This document shows positions 12,025-18,282 of a DNA stretch of 64,000 nt, piece by piece; the first letter of the stretch is position 1; every line of letters starts with the position of its first letter. The stretch comes from Thermoanaerobaculia bacterium (GTDB lineage Bacteria > Acidobacteriota > Thermoanaerobaculia > Multivoradales > JAHEKO01). Below the pieces are notes generated by a model. The model was not told the DNA's origin and did no database searches. It saw nothing but the letters and a program-made list of their open reading frames with translations. The stretch lies in the NCBI GenBank assembly GCA_963781065.1, contig CAWAET010000020.1, positions 37,537 to 101,536 of the forward strand. Reading direction: 5' to 3'. The position numbers and the translations under genes were made by a program.

Positions 12025-13672
12025 TGGAGGATAGCCGAGCCGGCGGCGGGTCCGGTAGCGCGCCGGCGGGCGACCAGGCCTCGACCGCGTCGAGGCAGGC
12101 GGCGGCCTGCCGCTCCCAGCGCCGGCCGTCCCAGCCGAGCTCCTCGCGGCAGACCGGCTCGAAGCGCGGCAGCAGGCCGGCGACCTCGTCGGGCCGCCAG
12201 AGGCCCAGCCGGACGCGCCGCAGCAGCAGGTCCTCGAGGCGGACGACGGCGGTGAGGCCGAGATGGGTCCGCAGCTCGGCGATCGACAGATCGTCGGTGC
12301 CCTCGATGGGCCGCAGCTCGCTCGCCGAGCGGGCCAGCCGCGGCGCCGTCCAGGCCAGCCCGCGCAGCCGGCGAGCCATCGCCGTCGCGGTCACCGCCGG
12401 CACCTCGGCGACGGTCTCGAGCCGCCGGGCGAGATCGGGCGGCGCCAGGCCGACCAGGGGAGTGCCGGCGGTCAGGCACGGCGCCGTTCGCCGGGCGGTC
12501 TCCTCCGGCAGGTAGTGGAGAGCCTCGTCGACCACCTCCTCGGCGGTCGGCCGCCAGGTGGTCAGCTTGCCGCCGGCCACCGACAGCAGGCCGTTCTCCT
12601 CCCACACCGCCTCCTCGCGGGAGGCCTCGGAGGGGTTGTCGGTGTGGCTGTCCAGGATCGGGCGCAGGCCGGCGAAGGCGCCCACGACGTCCGCCGCGAC
12701 GATGCCGTTGTCGGGAAAGTGGAAGGCCAGGGTGCGCAGCAGGTAGTCGATCTCGCCTCGGGTCGGCCGGGGATCGGTGAGCGAGCCGTCGTGGTAGATG
12801 TCGGTGGTGCCCGCCAGCACCCCCTCGGGATGGGGGATCACGAAGACCGGCCGGCCGTCGTCGGGCGCCGGCAGCGTCACCGCCGCCGTCACCGGCAGCC
12901 GGCCGGTCGGCAGCACGATGTGGGTGCCGCGTGAGGGGCGCACCATCGCGCCGCTGAAGCCGAAGCGCTTGCGCAGCCGGTCGACCCAGTGGCCGGTGGC
13001 GTTGACCACCAGTCCGGCTTCGACGGTGGCGGTCTTCTGGCTCTCGAGGTCGCGCAGCACGACGCCGTTGACGCGGCCGCCGAAGTCGGTGGTCGCCTCG
13101 AGCACGTCGGTGCGAGTCAACACCAGGCCGCCGTAGGCGAAGCCGGTGGCGGCCACCGCCAGGGTCAGCTGCGCGTCGTCGGCCATGGCGTCGGTGTAGG
13201 CCAGGGCGCGATCCAGGTCGTCGTCGCGCAGCCCCGGGGTCAGCCGACCGAGCTCGTCGCCGCTGAGGTGCGAGTGCTTCTCCGGCCGGTCGGTCAGCCG
13301 GTCGTACATCCACAGCCCCAGGTCGACCGTCCAGCCCGGCGTCCGGTCGCCCCGGTTCGCCGGATAGACGAAGCGGATCGGCCGCACCAGGTGGGGATTC
13401 AGCGACAGCATCCGGTCGCGCTCGCGGCAGGCCATCCGGGTGACCCGGAACTGCATCTGCTTGAGATAGCGCAGCCCGCCGTGGATCAGCTTGGACGACC
13501 GCGACGAGGTGCCGCTGGCGATGTCCTGGCGTTCCACCAGCAGCGCCCGCAGGCCGCGCTGCGCCGCGTCCATGAGCACGCCGCAGCCGGTGATGCCGCC
13601 GCCGACGATCACCAGGTCGAAGGGTTGCCCGAGCGCGCTCAGCGCCTGCTCTCGCCACTGTCGATGGAACAT
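12014..13672 (-). CDS. glpD: FAD-dependent glycerol-3-phosphate dehydrogenase
   Basis: The ATG is at 13670-13672. N-terminal FAD-binding fold DLVIVGGGITGCGVLMDAAQRG, followed by SGTSSRSSKLIHGGLRYL. Confidence 0.8.
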   Translation of the reverse strand: MFHRQWREQALSALGQPFDLVIVGGGITGCGVLMDAAQRGLRALLVERQDIASGTSSRSSKLIHGGLRYLKQMQFRVTRMACRERDRMLSLNPHLVRPIRFVYPANRGDRTPGWTVDLGLWMYDRLTDRPEKHSHLSGDELGRLTPGLRDDDLDRALAYTDAMADDAQLTLAVAATGFAYGGLVLTRTDVLEATTDFGGRVNGVVLRDLESQKTATVEAGLVVNATGHWVDRLRKRFGFSGAMVRPSRGTHIVLPTGRLPVTAAVTLPAPDDGRPVFVIPHPEGVLAGTTDIYHDGSLTDPRPTRGEIDYLLRTLAFHFPDNGIVAADVVGAFAGLRPILDSHTDNPSEASREEAVWEENGLLSVAGGKLTTWRPTAEEVVDEALHYLPEETARRTAPCLTAGTPLVGLAPPDLARRLETVAEVPAVTATAMARRLRGLAWTAPRLARSASELRPIEGTDDLSIAELRTHLGLTAVVRLEDLLLRRVRLGLWRPDEVAGLLPRFEPVCREELGWDGRRWERQAAACLDAVEAWSPAGALPDPPPARLSSSDE

Positions 13673-13787
13673 CCGCTCGCCTCCGATCGCTCGGCCGTTT
13701 GACGCCGCGGGACGGCTCTACCGCGGGCTCCCAGGATATCGCGAGCGGATGCCGGGGCGCTGTGGTAAGAAGAGCGCCGTGGGCAGG

Positions 13788-14150
13788 ATGAGCGCTAGCG
13801 ACGACGGGCCCGAGGTCTTCCGCGCCATCGCCGACCCGACCCGCCGGCGCCTGCTCGAGGCGTTGCGCGGCGGGCCGCTGTCGGTGAACCGGCTGGCCGA
13901 GGCCTTCCCGGTGAGCCGGCCGGCGATCTCGAAGCACCTGCGCTGTCTGCGCGAGGCCGGCCTGGTGAGCGAGGAGCGCCGGGGCCGCCGCCGCATCTAC
14001 CGGCTGCAGGCGCTGGCGCTGGCCGAGGTGCGCGGCTGGGTCGAGGGGTTCGCGCCTCCGGCCGAGCCGGCGCCGGCGCGCCGCGCCGGCCGGGGCCAGG
14101 CGCGGGCCGCCGGCCCGCCGGCCGAGCCGGGCAACTGGCGCGTCTGGTGA
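13788..14150 (+). CDS. ArsR/SmtB-family transcriptional regulator
   Basis: Internal ATG at 13788. Winged HTH: FRAIADPTRRRLLEALRGGPLSVNRLAEAFPVSRPAISKHLRCLREAGLV. An alternative ATG lies at 13749. Confidence 0.8.
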   Translation: MSASDDGPEVFRAIADPTRRRLLEALRGGPLSVNRLAEAFPVSRPAISKHLRCLREAGLVSEERRGRRRIYRLQALALAEVRGWVEGFAPPAEPAPARRAGRGQARAAGPPAEPGNWRVW

Positions 14151-14154
14151 CCGA

Positions 14155-15294
14155 CTACTTTTCCACGCTCTCGCGCACGATCTTCCAGCCGTCGGCCTCG
14201 CGCTCGAGCTCGAGCACCTTGCGCACCACGTCGCGGTAGCTGTCGGACTCGTAGGCCTGGACGAAACGCACCCGGCTCGAGTCGGCGCCGAGCTCCTCGA
14301 GCTCGACCAGGGCCAGGGCCACCTCGATCCGTTGGGGGGCCAGGACGCGGCCGCGGCGCCGGCGCTCCCAGCCGGCGCGATCGAGCCCGCCGTCGGGGGT
14401 GAAGCGGGCCGAATAGGCGTCGAGATAGTCGTCGACCCGCTGCTCGCTCCAGGCGCGGGCCCATTCGTCGACCAGCCGCAGCTGGGCCGGCCGGGTGGCG
14501 GGTGCGGCGTCGCGGCCGTTGGCGGCGGACTCGTTGGCCCCGGGCCCGTTGGCGCCGGGGGCGGCCTCGGCCTGCCGGGTGGCGATCGGCGCCGGGGCGG
14601 TTGCCGTCGCGTCCGCCGGCGGCCCCGCCCCGGACGGGGGCCACCAGAAGGCGGCAGCCAGGGCCGCGGCCAGGACCAGCGCCAGCAGGCCGGCCGGCAG
14701 CCGCCCGCCCAGGCGCCGCTTCACCGCCGACTCCGCCCGCCCGCCAGGCGGCGTCGTCGTCTGGCGGCCGGCCGCAGCCGCCGTGGGAGCGGTCGTCGCG
14801 GTCGCGCCGCCGGCGGCCGCGGTCGGCGCCGGCGGGCCGGCGGTGGGCCTGCCGGCTGTTGCCGGCGCCCGCTTGGCGACGCTCGTCTCGCCGGCCGCTG
14901 CCGCCACCGCGGGCGGCGGCTCGGTGTCATGCGTCGGGTCGCCCGAGGTGCCGCGCGCGGACGCCAGCTCGACGACGTGGCGACGGCACTCGTTGTCGAG
15001 CTCGACGAATCGCGTCCCCATGCCGGCCGGCTTCTCGGCGGTCTCGTCGCGGCGGCGCACCCAGGCGACCTGCGCCTTGCCGGTGATCGAGGGGCGGCCG
15101 CCGCCCGGCCGGAGCTCGAACTCGAACACCGAGCCCACCGGGTGGGGTCGGCGGGTGCGGATGAACATGCCGCCGGACGAGACGTTCGTCGCCAGCTCTT
15201 CGGTGAACTCCTCGAAGTGCTTGAAGCGCAGGGCGACGGGCCGGTCGAGGGCAGCCCGCTTCTGCTCGCCCGGTCGCGATTCCCGCCGGTCCAT
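14155..15294 (-). CDS. PilZ-domain protein with a transmembrane helix and a C-terminal NTF2-like domain
   Basis: The N-terminal PilZ pattern is RPVALRFKHFEEF...SSGGMFIRT. It is followed by a long Ala/Pro/Thr linker and a TM helix (LPAGLLALVLAAALAAAFWW). The C-terminal region is DEWARAWSEQRVDDYLDAYSARF...WKIVRE. Confidence 0.65.
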   Translation of the reverse strand: MDRRESRPGEQKRAALDRPVALRFKHFEEFTEELATNVSSGGMFIRTRRPHPVGSVFEFELRPGGGRPSITGKAQVAWVRRRDETAEKPAGMGTRFVELDNECRRHVVELASARGTSGDPTHDTEPPPAVAAAAGETSVAKRAPATAGRPTAGPPAPTAAAGGATATTAPTAAAAGRQTTTPPGGRAESAVKRRLGGRLPAGLLALVLAAALAAAFWWPPSGAGPPADATATAPAPIATRQAEAAPGANGPGANESAANGRDAAPATRPAQLRLVDEWARAWSEQRVDDYLDAYSARFTPDGGLDRAGWERRRRGRVLAPQRIEVALALVELEELGADSSRVRFVQAYESDSYRDVVRKVLELEREADGWKIVRESVEK

Positions 15295-15330
15295 GACGAG
15301 CGCGAGTCTACAACCGGCGCCGGTGGTCGG

Positions 15331-15373
15331 GGGCGGAAAGAAGGACCCCCCGCGAGCCGAAACCCGCGGGGGG
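15331..15373 (-). terminator. putative intrinsic terminator after paralogue P1
   Basis: On the minus strand: a 9-bp G/C stem (15346-15354 pairs with 15365-15373) followed by TCCTTCTTTCC. Confidence 0.4.
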
Positions 15374-15396
15374 TGAGGGCAGAGGAGGAGGGCGGG

Positions 15397-16023
15397 TTAG
15401 TTGTCCGCCGGCTGACGCCGGCGGCGGTCGAGGGAAACGTCGATGCACTCGTCGTCGTTCATGACCAGACAGAGGCGGATCGAGCCCTCGTTGTCGCAGA
15501 CCATGTTGAACTCGCCGAGGTCACCGGAGGTGGAGCGTGAGACCACCTGGTCGTCGGAGATGAGAAAGGCCGGCACGTTCGACACCGGGCCGAACTTGCG
15601 GTCCAGGATCTCGCCGCCGAGTTGCAGCATCTCGGTGCCCGCCTCGTACTCCAGCCGCAGGTCGAGCGCGTAGTTCTGCGCGTAGTAGACCAGGTGGCGG
15701 CTGTTGAGCTCGAGGGCACGGGTACCGGCCGGAGCGGGCTCCAGAAAACTGTCAAAGGCGAGCTGGAGGGCTAGGGATACCAGTTTTGGAGCCCGCTCCG
15801 GAAGGTGTATGGCAGACAGCGCCTTCACCGAGCGCATGGCGTGCTCGGGAAGCGGCTGCTGAAGATCGGTGCGGGCCAGGGTAACCACCCGCTCGAGCGC
15901 CTTCAGGGTGCGGCCGCAACGGGCGCACCCGGAGGCGAGGTGTTCGTCCATGTCGCCGCGCAATTCGTCCTGGATCAGGTTTCTCGCGTAGTCGGTCCAG
16001 TCTGCGATGTCGAAGTGGTTCAT
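15397..16023 (-). CDS. zinc-finger (HLASGCxRC) anti-sigma-like protein, paralogue P1
   Basis: 208 aa with an ATG start. The N-terminal motif is DEHLASGCARCGRTL. The C-terminal ~95-aa domain is shared with P2 and P3 (SRHLVYYAQNYALDLRL...GPVSNVPAFLISDDQVV...GEFNM...ECIDVSL). No TM segment. Confidence 0.65.
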   Translation of the reverse strand: MNHFDIADWTDYARNLIQDELRGDMDEHLASGCARCGRTLKALERVVTLARTDLQQPLPEHAMRSVKALSAIHLPERAPKLVSLALQLAFDSFLEPAPAGTRALELNSRHLVYYAQNYALDLRLEYEAGTEMLQLGGEILDRKFGPVSNVPAFLISDDQVVSRSTSGDLGEFNMVCDNEGSIRLCLVMNDDECIDVSLDRRRRQPADN

Positions 16024-16118
16024 GATCAGCCCTCTCGTTGCCTTTGCTCGGGTTCCTGGATGTCGCAGATCGTCGATTCCTTCGGTTCTGTCTTTATTAG
16101 TGTGTGGCGCGCGGCGTT

Positions 16119-16129
16119 TTGATATACCC
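16119..16129 (-). promoter_or_regulatory. conserved motif GGGTATATCAA upstream of P1
   Basis: AT-rich 11-mer 96 nt upstream of the P1 ATG. Near-identical copies lie upstream of P2 and P3. A CTGACG hexamer lies 16 nt upstream of the TATATC core. Confidence 0.3.
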
Positions 16130-16144
16130 GAGTCGCGGAGACCG

Positions 16145-16510
16145 TCAGCTCTCGGCGCTCGCCCGGGCGCCGGGGCCCATGGCGATGGGAAGGTCTATGC
16201 AGCGCTCGGCGTCGAGCAGCAGGCAAAGGCGCAGATCGACGCTACCGCCGGTCTCGAGTCGAAACTCTCCCCGCGGCCCCGTACGGTCGTAGCCGGTGAT
16301 CTGGTCGCCGGCCAGCAGGAAGGCCGGCACCTCGGCCACCGGGCCGTTGCCGCGGCTGAGCAGCTCTCCCCGCAGGACGTCGGGCTCGTGCTCCTGGGGC
16401 AGCAGCTGCAGGTCGACCGCGTACTCGCGGGACATATAGACCAGGTGGCGGTCGCTGTCGCGGCCGCCGCGGTGACCGCGGGGAAGATCGATCCGGGGCA
16501 TGCGGTTCAT
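16145..16510 (-). CDS. paralogue P2: C-terminal-domain-only member of the P1/P3 family
   Basis: 121 aa. It aligns to the C-terminal domains of P1 and P3 (DRHLVYMSREYAVDLQL...GPVAEVPAFLLAGDQIT...GEFRL...RCIDLPI). It lacks the zinc-finger N-terminus. Confidence 0.55.
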   Translation of the reverse strand: MNRMPRIDLPRGHRGGRDSDRHLVYMSREYAVDLQLLPQEHEPDVLRGELLSRGNGPVAEVPAFLLAGDQITGYDRTGPRGEFRLETGGSVDLRLCLLLDAERCIDLPIAMGPGARASAES

Positions 16511-16528
16511 CGTCGGGGCCTCGTCTTC

Positions 16529-16539
16529 TTGATATGACC
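16529..16539 (-). promoter_or_regulatory. conserved motif GGTCATATCAA upstream of P2
   Basis: Lies 19 nt upstream of the P2 ATG, abutting the HD-GYP stop codon. It is the third copy of the GG-NN-ATATCAA motif. Confidence 0.3.
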
Positions 16540-17235
16540 TCAGGCGGCCGGTTCGCGAATCTGCGCGATGTCGTCGACGTGCCGGGCGGCGAGCTCCAGA
16601 AAGTGGGCCAGAACCTCGGGGTCGAACTGGTGGCCGCCCTCCGGGCTGAGCTTCTCGAGCACGAGCTCGAGCGGCATGCCCTTGCGGTAGGGCCGGTCGG
16701 ACAGCATGGCGTCGAAGGTGTCGACCATGGCGACGATCCGCGCGCCCAGCGGGATCTCCTCGCCGCGCAGCCCGCTGGGATAGCCGCGGCCGTCCCAGCG
16801 CTCGTGGTGGTGCAGGACGAGCAGGCTGATGCGCTCGAAGCCGGGGATGTTGCGCAGGATCGCCCAGCCGTACTCCGAGTGCTTCTTGACGACCGTGTAC
16901 TCCTCGTCGGTCAGCCGGCCGGGCTTCAGCAGGATCTCGTTGGGCACGCCGATCTTGCCCACGTCGTGCAGCACCGAGGCCGTCTCCACGGCCTGCAGCT
17001 CCTTCTCCGGCAGGCCCATGCGCTCGGCCACCCGCACCGCCCAGGCGGCCAGGCGGGTCGCGTGCAGGCCGGTATCGAGCTCCTTGAGGTCGAGCAGCAT
17101 GCTCAGGGCGCAGATGATGCCCTTCTCGACGTGACGTTGGCGCTCCTCGAGGCGTTTGAGCTCGAGCGCCGGCCCCCTGGCCTCGGCCAGGTCGCGGGCA
17201 AAGAGAAACTCACCTGTCTGGTTGAAGTTCATCAT
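16540..17235 (-). CDS. stand-alone HD-GYP domain protein (c-di-GMP phosphodiesterase family)
   Basis: Internal ATG at 17235 (MMNFNQ). Motifs HDVGKIGVP, HHHERWDGRGYPSGL and DTFDAMLSDRPYRKG. No receiver or sensor domain. Confidence 0.85.
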   Translation of the reverse strand: MMNFNQTGEFLFARDLAEARGPALELKRLEERQRHVEKGIICALSMLLDLKELDTGLHATRLAAWAVRVAERMGLPEKELQAVETASVLHDVGKIGVPNEILLKPGRLTDEEYTVVKKHSEYGWAILRNIPGFERISLLVLHHHERWDGRGYPSGLRGEEIPLGARIVAMVDTFDAMLSDRPYRKGMPLELVLEKLSPEGGHQFDPEVLAHFLELAARHVDDIAQIREPAA

Positions 17236-17278
17236 CGTCTGCGGGTCGCGGGTGGCAATGTTCCGGCGCCGGCGCGGC

Positions 17279-17449
17279 TCAGGCCGCGCGGTCCTCGAGG
17301 ATGGCGGTGGTCGACTGGGCCACGGTGGCGGCGGCGTCGATAGACCGCTGGCAGTCGGCCCGCGACAGCCGCGAGACGCCGAGAGTGGCACCCAGCAGCG
17401 CCAGCGCGGTGAGCAGGATCGCCAGCAGGTTGCCTTGAGTCGTCTTCAT
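17279..17449 (-). CDS. unannotated 56-aa ORF with an N-terminal signal/TM segment
   Basis: Hand-translated as MKTTQGNLLAILLTALALLGATLGVSRLSRADCQRSIDAAATVAQSTTAILEDRAA. It begins 13 nt after the P3 stop and ends 43 nt before the HD-GYP start. It is below the 60-aa cutoff of the track. Confidence 0.4.
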   Translation of the reverse strand: MKTTQGNLLAILLTALALLGATLGVSRLSRADCQRSIDAAATVAQSTTAILEDRAA

Positions 17450-17462
17450 GGCCATTCCCCGT

Positions 17463-18164
17463 TCATTGGTCGGTGTCGGTGCGCCGGGTGAGGATCGCCA
17501 GCGGCCCGTCGGGCAGATCGGTGAGGTCGTCGCGCTCGAGCAGTACCGGTCGGGGCTCGCCCGGCTGGCGCCGGTCGAGCTCGACGTCGATCAGCTCGTC
17601 GTCGTTGACCACCAGCTGCAGGTGCATCGGGCCGAGCGGGCGGCACTCCATGTGGAACTCGCCGAGGCGGCCGGTGGTGGAGTGCGACACGACCCGGTCG
17701 CCGGAAACCAGATACGCCGGCACGTCGGACAGCGGGCCCCAGTCGCGGTTGAGCAGCTGGCCCACCACCACGACGTCGCGCACCGACCGCTCGAAGTCCA
17801 TCCGCAGGTCGAGGGCGAAGTTCTGCGAGTAGAAGACCAGGTGGCGGCTCGAGGCGTGCATGCTGCGAGCCCCGGCCAGGCCCGGACTGAGCAGGCTGTC
17901 GAACGAGAGGCGCATGTCGACCCGGCGCGTGGAGTGTCGGGGGCGGGCGAAGCCAGCGAGCGCCTTGACGGTTCGCAGCGCGCCGTCGGGTGGCAGCTGG
18001 GCGGCGTCGGAGTTGCCGACGCTGCGCACCCGGGCCAGAGCGCCGAACAGGGCGTTACAGCGCTGGCAGCCGGAGGCCAGGTGGCCGGTGACCCGCTGCC
18101 TGGTCTCTTCGTCGCCCTGGCCGAGCAGGTGGTCGGTCAGCTGATCGATGGTGGCGTGGCTCAA
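17463..18164 (-). CDS. zinc-finger (HLASGCxRC) anti-sigma-like protein, paralogue P3
   Basis: 233 aa with a TTG start at 18164. The N-terminal motif is GHLASGCQRCNALF. The shared C-terminal domain is SRHLVFYSQNFALDLRM...GPLSDVPAYLVSGDRVV...GEFHM...ELIDVEL. No TM segment. Confidence 0.65.
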   Translation of the reverse strand: MSHATIDQLTDHLLGQGDEETRQRVTGHLASGCQRCNALFGALARVRSVGNSDAAQLPPDGALRTVKALAGFARPRHSTRRVDMRLSFDSLLSPGLAGARSMHASSRHLVFYSQNFALDLRMDFERSVRDVVVVGQLLNRDWGPLSDVPAYLVSGDRVVSHSTTGRLGEFHMECRPLGPMHLQLVVNDDELIDVELDRRQPGEPRPVLLERDDLTDLPDGPLAILTRRTDTDQ

Positions 18165-18233
18165 AGGGTCGCTCCTGTCGGACGGCTTCGCGAAGATTGT
18201 CCGTCACCTGAATAGTGTCGGTGGGGGGGCTGG

Positions 18234-18244
18234 TTGATATACCC
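18234..18244 (-). promoter_or_regulatory. conserved motif GGGTATATCAA upstream of P3
   Basis: Lies 70 nt upstream of the P3 start, immediately after the CHAT-gene terminator T-run. Confidence 0.3.
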
Positions 18245-18250
18245 CGGGGC

Positions 18251-18282
18251 GAAGAAAAAGAGGCGGCCCGCCCCAAGCGGGC
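18251..18282 (-). terminator. putative intrinsic terminator after the TPR-CHAT gene
   Basis: On the minus strand: stem GCCCGC/GCGGGC (18266-18282, starting in the TAG stop) followed by CGCCTCTTTTTCTTC. Confidence 0.5.
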
